64,000 nucleotides of DNA from an uncultured Verrucomicrobiae bacterium (GTDB taxonomy: Bacteria; Verrucomicrobiota; Verrucomicrobiia; Chthoniobacterales; Chthoniobacteraceae), in NCBI GenBank assembly GCA_963836755.1, contig CAWIKF010000002.1, positions 2,186,991 through 2,250,990 on the forward strand. Reading direction: 5' to 3'. The notes beneath the pieces were generated by a model. It was not told the DNA's origin. It saw only the letters and a list, made by a program, of their open reading frames with translations, and did no database searches. Shown here in pieces: positions 10,990 to 20,682 of this stretch. Each line of letters opens with the position of its first letter. The first letter of the stretch is position 1. The position numbers were made by a program, and so were the translations under genes.

Positions 10990-12674
10990 CAATGATCAAA
11001 CGTATTTTTCTCGCGCTGTTTCTTTTGTTTGTCACGACTCATGCCGTCTTGGCGGAAACGCTCGATTTTAATCAATGGGGACTACTAGCCATTCAAGACG
11101 GCGGCCGCCGCAAGCCTATCGATACTTTTTCCAAGGAAACCATCCTCCGGCTCACTGGAAAAAGCACCTATCTCAGCGGCACCACCACATGGACAGCGGA
11201 CGACATCATCCTATCGATGCTATTGGAGACGCACGACTGGAAGAAGGAACCGATGATTCTCATCGGCTACAAGCCTTTGGTAGAAGAGATAGGCCTGGAC
11301 GCTACGAGGAAGCTATTTTCCTTCACCGAAATCACGGCGGCTAACAAGCTTCTCGACATTGTGCGCAATGCGCAGGAAACGGAAAAGGCTGGGAAGGAAG
11401 TGCCGCGAAATTTGAAGGAAGCTGAAAACGTGATGAACCGGCTCGAGTTATTCAACAAAGCTATCACGGGAGCAGCCTTCACGATCATTCCTCCGCGTCA
11501 GGAAGGCCGGTGGATGACACCTACTGAAATCGGCGACAGTTTCGGCGAAGATGTCGCGCGACCGGCGATGGACCAGCTTCGCGCTGTGGCAAACGCCTAC
11601 GTCTCGCGCGACAACTTTAACTTCAATGTCCACTCGAGCCAGCTTCGCCAGGCGTTGCGCCAGTTAAACCCTTCTCTCTATCCGAGCGATTCGAGCCTTA
11701 AGCTAGAGTATTTCTACAATCATCTCAGCCCGTTTGATTGGGCAGTATTATTCTATGCTCTCGCCCTGCTCTGCCTCTGGATCGTGAATAGTTCACCGTC
11801 CTTCACGACTGTGCGCTATGCCGGACTTGCATTCGCAATCACTGGCGTCCTCTTTCACAGCGGGGGCATCGCCTTGCGTTGCATCATCGCCGGCAGACCA
11901 CCTGTCACCAACATGTTCGAGTCGGTGGTCTGGGTTTCCTTTGCAGTCATGGCTTTCGGCTTCGCCTTTTTTCTTCGCTATCGCACTTTGACTTACCTTC
12001 TTGCCGCGCTCCCGGTAAGTTTGCTTTGCCTTTTTGTAGTGCGGCAACTACCGGTCGCCATGCCGGAAAACATTGATCCGCTCGTGCCGGTGCTCCGGAG
12101 TAATTTCTGGCTGACCATTCACGTGCTGACGATCGCTTCAAGCTATGCCGCCTTCGGGCTGGCAATGGGCTTCGGACATATCGTCCTGTATCGATTCATC
12201 AAAAATCCGCAGGTCGCTGCGAACAACCAGACTCTGCACTTCTGGCTTTACCGAGTGCTGCAACTCGGAGTCCTTCTTCTCGCCGCCGGCACGATTCTCG
12301 GCGGAGTCTGGGCCAACTACAGCTGGGGGCGTTTCTGGGGTTGGGATCCAAAGGAGACTTGGGCATTGATTGCGCTGCTCTGCTACCTTTTCGTCCTTCA
12401 CGGACGCATCGCTGGATGGTGGGATCAATTTGGTCTGGCGGTTTCAAGTGTCGTCTGCTTTTGCGCGGTTCTCATGACTTGGTATGGAGTCAATTTCATC
12501 CTCGGAAAAGGTCTGCATAGTTATGGCTTTGGCATTGGTGGCGAACGCTATGTCTATACCTTTGTTGCGCTGGACATGGCGTATGTCGGACTGGCATGCA
12601 TCCGTTATCATAAAGCAGGCAGGCCGCCGAAGTTCCCGCCGTTGCAAGGCGGTGAAATCGCCTTGGATCGCTAA
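10986..12674 (+). CDS. ccsA: Cytochrome c biogenesis protein CcsA/ResC
   Basis: WGRFWGWDPKETW (WWD motif), PPVTNMFE, GLHSY. Confidence 0.9.
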   Translation: MTMIKRIFLALFLLFVTTHAVLAETLDFNQWGLLAIQDGGRRKPIDTFSKETILRLTGKSTYLSGTTTWTADDIILSMLLETHDWKKEPMILIGYKPLVEEIGLDATRKLFSFTEITAANKLLDIVRNAQETEKAGKEVPRNLKEAENVMNRLELFNKAITGAAFTIIPPRQEGRWMTPTEIGDSFGEDVARPAMDQLRAVANAYVSRDNFNFNVHSSQLRQALRQLNPSLYPSDSSLKLEYFYNHLSPFDWAVLFYALALLCLWIVNSSPSFTTVRYAGLAFAITGVLFHSGGIALRCIIAGRPPVTNMFESVVWVSFAVMAFGFAFFLRYRTLTYLLAALPVSLLCLFVVRQLPVAMPENIDPLVPVLRSNFWLTIHVLTIASSYAAFGLAMGFGHIVLYRFIKNPQVAANNQTLHFWLYRVLQLGVLLLAAGTILGGVWANYSWGRFWGWDPKETWALIALLCYLFVLHGRIAGWWDQFGLAVSSVVCFCAVLMTWYGVNFILGKGLHSYGFGIGGERYVYTFVALDMAYVGLACIRYHKAGRPPKFPPLQGGEIALDR

Positions 12675-12689
12675 CAGAGCGCCGCGCCC

Positions 12690-13862
12690 TTAGATCGTAT
12701 CGGGGTCGGAGACGAAACAGCGAGCCCAGACTGCGCGCATCGCAGCGGTCATGGACTTCGTAGAACTTTCCTTCTTCCCGCGCCGCCGCCTTGGGGCCGG
12801 ACGATCCTTCAGTTCTTCCTGAAGCCGTTCGATGATGCCGCGCAGCAATTCGTTGTCCTGAACCAGTTCTGTCTGCGACGCCGAATCGCGCAGCGCCGAG
12901 AGCTTCAGTTGCAATTCGACTGTCTCGCGGCGAAGCAAATCGCGCTCCATTGCAGCAATGTGAAGTTTTTCCCGCGTGTCGTTGAGGACAGTTTGCACAT
13001 CACGCAGCTCGGTTTCTACCCGCTGCCGCGCGGCTTTGGCGCTGAGCAAATCGGAAAGCTCATGATCCAGGCGCACCGCCTCAGCGAGGTGATCGCGCTC
13101 CTCCTTCGTCACGGAAAAGCTAGTTTGCAAATGGCGAAACTCCGCACGCACGTCGACCAGTTCGGACGAGAGCTGCGCGTTTTCGGCCTGCAGCTCCCCA
13201 GACTCTTTCTGCGAGAGCTCCAGCTCATGCCGCACACGCTGCAAAATGATGTCGAGCTCGTTGCGCTCGCCGTGCGCGAGGTCGAGCTCCGTGCCGAGAT
13301 CAGCCAGCGCCGCGCTTTTCTGGGCGAAATCGACGAGCAGGCTGTTGCGCTCCGCGTGCGCGACTTCCAACTGCTTTTGCTTTTGTGAAAGTTCCAGCTC
13401 GAGTTGTTGCGCGAAAACGTCGAGGCGATCGCGTTCCGCCGACATTTCTGTAAGCCGGTGCAATGCGTCCGCGGCCGCGGTTTGTGCCTGACGCAACTGA
13501 ATGATCAGCGACTCGCGTCCAGCCCGCTCCGTCGAGATTTCGAGCATCGAATTTTCCTGCTCGGTCTTCAGCACACGAAGTTCCTGCAGACTTTCCGCCA
13601 GCGCGATCTGCCGCTGCTCCGATTCGCGCTGCGTCTCAGCCAGCTCGGTTTTGGCGTTGTAAAGTTGGCGCTCGAGGTCGCTGGCGCGGTTGATCCACTT
13701 CGAAAGCTTCCTGCTTTCCTGAGCCTCGAGCTCGCCGCGCACCAGGAACGGGATTTGCAACGGGTGCGAGCAATGCGGACAATCGATTGTCAAGCCACCG
13801 CCCGTCTCCTCCACCACCAGCGGCTGCGCGCATGCGGGGCAATTGAAATGAACGTCCGACAT
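12690..13862 (-). CDS. Zinc-ribbon + long coiled-coil hypothetical protein
   Basis: CPAC...CPHC N-terminus followed by ~300 aa of E/L/Q/R-rich heptads. Confidence 0.75.
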   Translation of the reverse strand: MSDVHFNCPACAQPLVVEETGGGLTIDCPHCSHPLQIPFLVRGELEAQESRKLSKWINRASDLERQLYNAKTELAETQRESEQRQIALAESLQELRVLKTEQENSMLEISTERAGRESLIIQLRQAQTAAADALHRLTEMSAERDRLDVFAQQLELELSQKQKQLEVAHAERNSLLVDFAQKSAALADLGTELDLAHGERNELDIILQRVRHELELSQKESGELQAENAQLSSELVDVRAEFRHLQTSFSVTKEERDHLAEAVRLDHELSDLLSAKAARQRVETELRDVQTVLNDTREKLHIAAMERDLLRRETVELQLKLSALRDSASQTELVQDNELLRGIIERLQEELKDRPAPRRRRGKKESSTKSMTAAMRAVWARCFVSDPDTI

Positions 13863-13967
13863 GGCCGTGGGATAAAGCCACATTCATTCCCGAAAAGCAA
13901 CATTTTTCGTCCCGGAACGACACCGAGAAATTTGACAGCGGCCATTGCATTGCTACCCTCGCCGCAC

Positions 13968-14411
13968 ATGAAAAAAGTCATCGCCACGGTCGAGGCACCG
14001 AAGGCTGTCGGCCCATATTCGCAGGCGATCGCCATCGAAGGACTGCTCTTCTGCGCCGGTCAAATCCCGCTCGTCCCAACGACTGGTGAGCTCGTCGCCG
14101 CCGACGTCACCGCGCAAACAACGCAGGTTTTGGAAAATCTCGGCGCCGTGCTACGCGCGAATGGAATGACTTACGCGAACGTCGTTAAAACGACTGTTTT
14201 TCTCACCGACCTCGCCGACTTTGCCGCCATGAATGATGTTTACCGGATTTATTTTCCGGAACAGCCGCCGGCGCGTTCCACCATTCAAGTCGCGGCGCTT
14301 CCGAAAAATGCACAGGTCGAAATCGAAGCCATCGCCGCGGTCGGAATGGCACCGAAGTCGGAGTCAATGTTCGGCGCACCGACGGACATCTCGCCTGCCT
14401 CGCCGTTGTGA
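13968..14411 (+). CDS. ridA: RidA/YjgF family deaminase
   Basis: APKAVGPYSQA, GQIPL, PARSTIQV, VEIEAIA. Confidence 0.92.
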   Translation: MKKVIATVEAPKAVGPYSQAIAIEGLLFCAGQIPLVPTTGELVAADVTAQTTQVLENLGAVLRANGMTYANVVKTTVFLTDLADFAAMNDVYRIYFPEQPPARSTIQVAALPKNAQVEIEAIAAVGMAPKSESMFGAPTDISPASPL

Positions 14412-14977
14412 CGCAGGACGAAATTGCCGCGCTTTTTCGCGAGACGAACGCTTTGCTCGACGGGCATTTCGTTCTCCGGTCCGGCTTGCACAGCCGACAG
14501 TTTTTTCAATGTGCGATACTTTTGCAGCATACTCGCATCGCCGAGCGCGTTTGCGCAGAGCTCGCTGAAAAATTGCGCGGCGTCGATTGTGACAGCGTGA
14601 TTTCACCTGCGCTCGGCGGCATCATCGTCGGTCACGAAGTCGCGCGCACACTCGGCAGGCGCCACATCTTTGCGGAAAAAGAAGACGGCAAACTTGTGCT
14701 GCGTCGCGGATTTGAAATCGGCCCGGGCGAAAAATTCGTCGTCGCCGAAGACGTCGTCACTCGCGGCGGCCGCGTGCAGGAGACGATTGACATCGTCCGC
14801 GCACACGGCGGCGTGGTGACCGCGGTCGGCGTGCTGGTGGATCGCAGCGGCGGGAATTCTCCGGACTTCGGCTGCCCGTTCGTTTCGCTTGTTCAACTCA
14901 ATGTTGAGACCTTCGCGGCGGATCAGCTTCCGCCCGATCTCGCTGGCACTCCCGCGATCAAGCCCGGCAGCAAATAA
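14408..14977 (+). CDS. pyrE: Orotate phosphoribosyltransferase
   Basis: GHFVLRSGLHS, VVAEDVVTRGG PRPP-binding motif. Confidence 0.92.
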   Translation: MTQDEIAALFRETNALLDGHFVLRSGLHSRQFFQCAILLQHTRIAERVCAELAEKLRGVDCDSVISPALGGIIVGHEVARTLGRRHIFAEKEDGKLVLRRGFEIGPGEKFVVAEDVVTRGGRVQETIDIVRAHGGVVTAVGVLVDRSGGNSPDFGCPFVSLVQLNVETFAADQLPPDLAGTPAIKPGSK

Positions 14978-15019
14978 GAAATCAGCAATGGCGCGTCGCC
15001 GCCATCTAGCCTACAAGCC

Positions 15020-16720
15020 ATGATGCAAAAGAAACTTTTCACCGAGCTCGGCCTTTCCCCTGAGCTGCTCAAGGCCATCGATCGCGTCGGTTACGAGGAA
15101 GCTTCGCCGATCCAGTCGGAGGCGATTCCTCATCTCCTCGCCGGTCACGACGTCGTCGGCCAGTCGCAAACCGGCTCCGGCAAAACCGCCGCTTTCGCCA
15201 TTCCCGCGATTGAAAAAGTGGACGCAAATCTGCGCGCGCCGCAGGTGATTATTCTTTGCCCGACGCGCGAACTCGCGGTGCAGGTCGCGGAAGAAGTGGC
15301 AAAGCTCGCGGCCTTCAAACGCGGCGTGCGCGAGCTGCCGATCTACGGCGGCCAAAGTTACGAGCGGCAATTCCGCGGCTTGCACGCGGGCGCGCAAATC
15401 ATCATCGGCACGCCGGGCCGCGTAATGGATCATCTCGAGCGCAAAAGTCTAAAACTGGATCAAGTGCGCATGGTCATTCTCGACGAGGCCGATCGCATGC
15501 TCGACATGGGATTTCTCGACGACATCAAAACGATCCTCAGCCACGCGCCCTCCGAGCGGCAGACCGTGCTTTTTTCCGCGACGATTCCGCCGCCAATCGC
15601 GCAGCTCATCAAAACTTTTACGCGCAATCCGGTGAACGTCCGCATCAAGGAAGAAGCGCTCACCGTCGTCGCGATCGAGCAGGTTTATTACGAGGTGGAT
15701 CGGCGATCAAAACTCGAGGTGCTCTGCCGCCTGATCGATCTCGAGGACATCAAATTCGCGCTCATTTTTTGCGCGACAAAAATGATGGTCGATGAGCTGA
15801 CGGAGCATTTGATCGTGCGCGGCTATTCCGCCGACAAACTTCACGGCGACATCGCGCAGGCGGCGCGCGAGCGAGTGATGGGAAAATTCCGCAAGCGCGC
15901 GTTCGAATTTCTCGTCGCGACGGATGTCGCTGCGCGCGGGCTCGACGTCGATGACATCGAAGTCGTCTTCAATTACGACCTGCCGCACGATGGCGAAGAT
16001 TACGTCCACCGCATCGGCCGCACCGGCCGCGCGGGCCGCTCCGGACGCGCGATCACGTTTGTCGCCGGCCGCGAAATTTACAAACTGCAAAACATCATCC
16101 GCTTTACGAAAGGCCGGATCAAACGCGGCAAGGTGCCGTCGGCTGATGAAGTGGAGGAAAAGCGGACAAATGTTTTCTTCGAATCGCTGCAACAAACTTT
16201 GGAGGGCGGTGAATTCAAGCGCCACGATGCGCTCATCGATCGACTGCTCGACCAGGGTCACGCGCCGACCGACATTGCGAATGCGCTAATTCATTTGTTG
16301 AATGCCGACAAGGCGCGCAGCGGCGAAAAAATTCCCGAGGACAGCCCGCTGCCGCAGCGCAATTATCCGAAATACGAACCTCTCTCGCGTGAGCGTGAGC
16401 GCGGTTCGCGGAATGGCGAGTCGCGCGCGCCGCGCCGTCGCGAGCGTGCTCTCAGCGCCGAGCCGGGAATGGTTTCGCACGAAGCTGGAATGATCCGCCT
16501 TTCATTAAACCTTGGCCGCGAGCATCAGATCGGGCCGGGCGATGTGGTCGGCGTCATTCTGGGTGCCGTCAAAATTCCAAAGGAAAGCATCGGCGCCATC
16601 CATTTGATGCCGAAGCAAACGCTCGTCGACGTCGCCGAAGATCACGCCGCGCGCGTTTTGGAAAAACTCAACGGCATCAAATTCAAAGGACGCAAACTCG
16701 CGATCCAGCCGGCTGCATAA
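15020..16720 (+). CDS. deaD: DEAD-box RNA helicase (DeaD/CsdA-like, C-terminal DbpA-type domain)
   Basis: GSGKT, PTRELA, DEAD, SAT, HRIGRTGR. Confidence 0.9.
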   Translation: MMQKKLFTELGLSPELLKAIDRVGYEEASPIQSEAIPHLLAGHDVVGQSQTGSGKTAAFAIPAIEKVDANLRAPQVIILCPTRELAVQVAEEVAKLAAFKRGVRELPIYGGQSYERQFRGLHAGAQIIIGTPGRVMDHLERKSLKLDQVRMVILDEADRMLDMGFLDDIKTILSHAPSERQTVLFSATIPPPIAQLIKTFTRNPVNVRIKEEALTVVAIEQVYYEVDRRSKLEVLCRLIDLEDIKFALIFCATKMMVDELTEHLIVRGYSADKLHGDIAQAARERVMGKFRKRAFEFLVATDVAARGLDVDDIEVVFNYDLPHDGEDYVHRIGRTGRAGRSGRAITFVAGREIYKLQNIIRFTKGRIKRGKVPSADEVEEKRTNVFFESLQQTLEGGEFKRHDALIDRLLDQGHAPTDIANALIHLLNADKARSGEKIPEDSPLPQRNYPKYEPLSRERERGSRNGESRAPRRRERALSAEPGMVSHEAGMIRLSLNLGREHQIGPGDVVGVILGAVKIPKESIGAIHLMPKQTLVDVAEDHAARVLEKLNGIKFKGRKLAIQPAA

Positions 16721-16733
16721 ACCGCGCGTGCGC

Positions 16734-16767
16734 AAAAAAAAGGCGACGCCGAAGCGTCGCCTTTTTT
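16734..16767. terminator. Bidirectional intrinsic terminator
   Basis: A8-GGCGACGC-cgaa-GCGTCGCC-T6 between convergent helicase and rpsI. Confidence 0.9.
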
Positions 16768-16780
16768 GCAGGAAACGCTC

Positions 16781-17170
16781 TTAGCGTTTCGAGAATTGGA
16801 AGCGTTTGCGAGCGCCGGGCTGACCCGACTTTTTCCGCTCTTTCATCCGCGAATCGCGCGTCAACAGGCCTTCCTGCTTGAGCGGCAACCGCAAATTTTC
16901 ATCGGTCTGCAGAAGTGCCCGCGCGATCGCGAGCCGCACCGCACCGGCCTGGCCGTTCGAGCCGCCGCCATGCGCGTTGACCGAGAGATCGTAAGCGTTC
17001 GTGATTTTCGCAACCTGCATCGGCGCGAGGATCACGTTTTGCAGCGACTGCGTGGGAAAATATTCCTCGAAGCTCTTGCCGTTGACTTCGATTTTGCCGG
17101 TGCCCGGCGTCATGCGAATGCGCGCGACGGCGGTTTTGCGACGACCTGTGGCGATGATTTCTTCTGCCAT
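16781..17170 (-). CDS. rpsI: 30S ribosomal protein S9
   Basis: ATGRRKTAVAR...ARKRFQFSKR. Confidence 0.98.
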   Translation of the reverse strand: MAEEIIATGRRKTAVARIRMTPGTGKIEVNGKSFEEYFPTQSLQNVILAPMQVAKITNAYDLSVNAHGGGSNGQAGAVRLAIARALLQTDENLRLPLKQEGLLTRDSRMKERKKSGQPGARKRFQFSKR

Positions 17171-17194
17171 GATTTTAACTTTTAGTTCTGAAAT

Positions 17195-17626
17195 TTAGAC
17201 AACCGTCGCCGCCGTCGGATTCTGCGCGATGTGCGGATGCGTGTCGCCGGCGTAAACTTTGAGCTTCGTGTAAATGGAACGGCCGAGGCGATTGTGCGGG
17301 ATCATGCCGCGCACCGCGTGCTCGATAAGCATCTCGGGACGGCGCTCGCGGCGCGCCTTGAACGTTTCGGATTTATGTCCGCCGACGAAGCCCGAAAAGC
17401 TCATGTAAGTTTTCGCCACCTCTTTTTTGCCAGTCACGCGAACTTTGCCGGCATTGATCACGACCACAAAATCGCCCGTGTCGCAATGCGGTGTGAAAAT
17501 CGCCTTGTGCTTGCCGCGCAGGAGCGTCGCGGCTCTCACGGCGACGCGGCCGAGCACCTGGTCCTTGGCGTCGATCACCCACCATTTGCGGTCCACTTCA
17601 TTGGCTTTTGCTGAAAATGTCTTCAT
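17195..17626 (-). CDS. rplM: 50S ribosomal protein L13
   Basis: WWVIDAKDQVLGR, LRGKHKAIFTPH, KLKVYAG. Confidence 0.98.
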   Translation of the reverse strand: MKTFSAKANEVDRKWWVIDAKDQVLGRVAVRAATLLRGKHKAIFTPHCDTGDFVVVINAGKVRVTGKKEVAKTYMSFSGFVGGHKSETFKARRERRPEMLIEHAVRGMIPHNRLGRSIYTKLKVYAGDTHPHIAQNPTAATVV

Positions 17627-17768
17627 GTCTGCTTTGCGGAAAGGGTGGAAAAATTAGAGGACGCTCCCGGCGGTGTCAAACTCTTTGTCGCACGTTTTTC
17701 GCCGCGCCGGCAAAGATGGATTGTTAAACAGCCGGCAACGCATAGTCTCGCCCCGGCGGATCGAGGTC

Positions 17769-18707
17769 ATGCGGAAATTTTTCCCGGAAAAGTTGGGCGG
17801 GCGGCAGGGTGGAACTTCCCCGCGTGACGATGGACTCGCCCGCGCCCTCGTCTCCTCGCCGCTCTTTCGCGATTACGCCCGCGGCATCACCGCACTGCTG
17901 AGCCTGCCGCTATCACTCCACGCGCCGGCGCGCAACGGCTCGCCGCGGTTCGCGCAAAACGGAAACTTCTTCTGCGGACTCTTGTCAAAAACGAGCGGCG
18001 GCTGCGGCCAGTGCATGGCGTTTCAACAAAAACCCGATCGCAACCAACCCGCGCCCGCGCCATCACCCTGCCCGGCCGGCCTCGGCGAAATCATCGTCCC
18101 CGTGCACCATTGCGGCCGGCTCATCGCATCGCTCCACATCGGGCGCGTTCGTCTGCAACCCGCGCGCAAAGGCGACTTCCAGCGCCTCGCGAAACAATTC
18201 GCGCCGCTCGCCGCCGATCTCGATTTGCAAAAAGCCGAGGCCGCATGGCTGCGCACGCCGATTCTCACCCCTGCCCAATCCGCCGCGGTCCTCAGCATGC
18301 TCACCATCTTTGCCGCGCATCTCAGCCTCCACGCCGCACAACTCATGCGACGGAGCCCTCCGCGCGAACCGGAGACAATCACCCGCGCCCGCGGCCACAT
18401 CGCCGCGCACTTCACCGAAGAACTTCCCATGCCCGCCGTCGCCCGCGCCGTCGGCATGAGCGCGAACCATTTCAGCGAAAAATTCAAGCAATCCACCGGC
18501 CTCGACTTCACCCGCTACCTAGCCCGCGCCCGCATCGACCACGCGCTCGAGCTCCTTCTCGACCCGCACCGGCGCATCAGCGAAATCGCCTTCGCCTCCG
18601 GCTTCCAGTCCCTCTCCCAATTCAACCGCACCTTCAAGAAACTCACCGGCCACTCGCCGTCCGAGCATAGGGCCGCACTCGCGGGTTCAATGCCCGCTAT
18701 TGGATAA
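17769..18707 (+). CDS. AraC family regulator with PocR-like sensory domain (start uncertain)
   Basis: FC...C..C...CPAGL...VPV sensory domain; ISEIAFASGFQSLSQFNRTFKK. Confidence 0.85.
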   Translation: MRKFFPEKLGGRQGGTSPRDDGLARALVSSPLFRDYARGITALLSLPLSLHAPARNGSPRFAQNGNFFCGLLSKTSGGCGQCMAFQQKPDRNQPAPAPSPCPAGLGEIIVPVHHCGRLIASLHIGRVRLQPARKGDFQRLAKQFAPLAADLDLQKAEAAWLRTPILTPAQSAAVLSMLTIFAAHLSLHAAQLMRRSPPREPETITRARGHIAAHFTEELPMPAVARAVGMSANHFSEKFKQSTGLDFTRYLARARIDHALELLLDPHRRISEIAFASGFQSLSQFNRTFKKLTGHSPSEHRAALAGSMPAIG

Positions 18708-19185
18708 CATCTTGTCACGCCACCGCCGCACGCTGCTCAGGTCCAGCCGTTCGCCTTTGAACTCGATCTGCTTCACCGGCTTCGTCCCGTTCGCGCTTGC
18801 GCGCTGGAGCACGCTCGATATTTCCATCCAGCGCACCTCGGCGAATTCCAGCTTGTCCTTGCCGATCGCCCGCTCGTCGTCCTCCGAGACCGTGCCGATC
18901 ACCAGCATCACCGGATGCGGCTGCTGGAGCCAGTATTCCACCCAGCGCGGCTTCTTGATCGTAAAATCTCCGCGCCGTCGGTCTTGCGCTTCGTGAGGTC
19001 GGAATTGCCCGACTTCAGTTGCAGATAGAGCCGGCGCCCCGTGCCTTCGCCGTCGTCGTTGGTGAATTCCAACTCCATATCCAGCCCCTCGTCCTCCGTG
19101 GCCGGAATCTCGAAGCATTTCTGATCGGCGCTGGTGATGCGCGCTCCCACCTCCAGCGCCAGCAGCTTCCCGCGTCGGCGGGTAA
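18687..19185 (-). pseudogene. Frameshifted DUF4365-like (PD-(D/E)xK-type) C-terminal gene fragment
   Basis: DEGLDMELEF...LYLQLKSG in one frame, FTIKKPRWVEYW...VRWMEIS in the next; shift at the A4 run 18963-18966; no start codon. Confidence 0.65.
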
Positions 19186-19197
19186 CTTCTCCGGTTC

Positions 19198-19298
19198 GGG
19201 CCAAAGGCCCGTCAACAAGCCAGCCCAGGGCAAGCGAGGAACGAGCGCCGCCCTGGGTCCACGTCACACCGACAAGAAGCCCCGACGGGGCGGAACAA
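19198..19298. repeat. Left composite REP-like palindromic element
   Basis: 19216-19257 is the exact reverse complement of 19832-19873; three internal palindromes. Confidence 0.85.
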
Positions 19299-19321
19299 CC
19301 GCCAACGCCGACAATGGCAGT

Positions 19322-19777
19322 TCAGTCCCAAACATAGCGTTCGTCGATCTCCATGCCGTGCTTGTGGCAAAGCGCCCGAAACTCGTCTTGGAACGACACC
19401 TTTCGATGATGTTCCTCCTGCGTCGCGATGTAAGCGCGAACCTGCTCGACGTTCGATTGGCTGACGGAGAACGCGCCATATCCACCCTGCCAGTAGAAGT
19501 CGCTATAGGCAGGCCCCTGTTCCTTCATCCATCTCGAGGGAGTCTTCTTCACCTCTTCAACCAACCTCGCAATGGTGATAGTGCGGGACAGGTTGCAGAG
19601 AATATGAACGTGATCCTCGGTGCCATTGATGAGGATCGGCTCGCACTCAATGCCTTGCAGGATGCCAGCCATATAGGCGTGCAGCCGGGCGCGGAGTTCC
19701 GGGTCTCTAAGAAAAGGGACGCGGTTCTTCGCGCTGAAGACAACATGCAGGACGACGCGGGCCAGGGATTGCGGCAT
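19322..19777 (-). mobile_element. tnpA: IS200/IS605-superfamily HUH Y1 transposase (RAYT-like)
   Basis: HVVFSAKNR, EDHVHIL (HUH), WQGGYGAFSVS, YIATQEEHH; flanked by inverted REP elements. Confidence 0.92.
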
Positions 19778-19790
19778 AACGGAGGGAGAT

Positions 19791-19890
19791 TGTTACGCCC
19801 CGTTGGGGCTTTGCCATTCTTTGTTTCCAGCCCCAGGGCGGCGCTCGTTCCTCGCTTGCCCTGGGCTGGCTTGCGGCAGGCGGTTGGCCT
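19791..19890. repeat. Right composite REP-like palindromic element
   Basis: Inverted copy of 19198-19298. Confidence 0.85.
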
Positions 19891-19904
19891 GAGTATCTGC
19901 GCAG

Positions 19905-20675
19905 TTAGGCGGTCGGCTCCACAAGATGGCGAACCTCAACTTCCTTCTGGCCGAGCCGGGTGATGAAATAGCGACTGCCGTCGAAATGGATCAAATCTTT
20001 CCGCTCTCCTAAGCCATTCAAGGTTCTGGCAAGGTTGGCGCGCATTTGTGGACGAACCCAACTTTCCATTTCTTTGAAAGCCGCTCCCTGTTCGCCGCGT
20101 TGATACAGTAGCACAAGGCAGTGATCGCTGACCGCAAGGTTGGGCTTCAAGATTTTCAAGAAGCCGTTGAAATCTTGAACGACAGGAACAGCACGCGTCA
20201 CGATTTCGCTCACCATCTGTTGAGCAACATCAGCGCTAACGTTGTGATAGAGTCGAACGAACTCGGCCAGAACCCAATCGAGCACGGAGGATACGAGCAT
20301 AGCGTCCTGCACATTGGGGTCTATACCGTCGCCGAGATGGGCCGCATCCCGTTTGTTTCGAATGTCATATACCAAGCGAAGCGCTCGCGGAATATGAATG
20401 CGCACCGCATCTGGATGCGATTCCTTTGGTAAGTTCTCCAGCTTCTGAATAGCCTTGTCAGTGTTTAGCTGGGTTCCGAGAGGGGTGAAACTTCCTTGGC
20501 TGATCTGCTCCAGCAACCGGAACGCAGCCTCGCAAAATCTGCCTCCTTCGACCTCAGTAAGACGAAGCCCACCTAGGTAGAGACTCTTTTTCGCTTGAGA
20601 GTGCGCTTCCAATAATTCGTCAACAAGCTTCGGCGGCAACGCCGTAGCAAGTTGGGATTGAATCGTAGTGCGCAC
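19905..20675 (-). CDS. Hypothetical protein with HEPN-like RNxxxxxH motif and probable C-terminal winged helix
   Basis: 256 aa; GRFCEA...YDIRNKRDAAH; C-terminal YFITRLG. Confidence 0.7.
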   Translation of the reverse strand: MRTTIQSQLATALPPKLVDELLEAHSQAKKSLYLGGLRLTEVEGGRFCEAAFRLLEQISQGSFTPLGTQLNTDKAIQKLENLPKESHPDAVRIHIPRALRLVYDIRNKRDAAHLGDGIDPNVQDAMLVSSVLDWVLAEFVRLYHNVSADVAQQMVSEIVTRAVPVVQDFNGFLKILKPNLAVSDHCLVLLYQRGEQGAAFKEMESWVRPQMRANLARTLNGLGERKDLIHFDGSRYFITRLGQKEVEVRHLVEPTA

Positions 20676-20682
20676 GCTTCAA

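Noticed and set aside
13404..13967. N-terminal extension of RidA in the ORF track
   Set aside because: Overlaps the coiled-coil gene on the other strand; the promoter sits directly before ATG 13968
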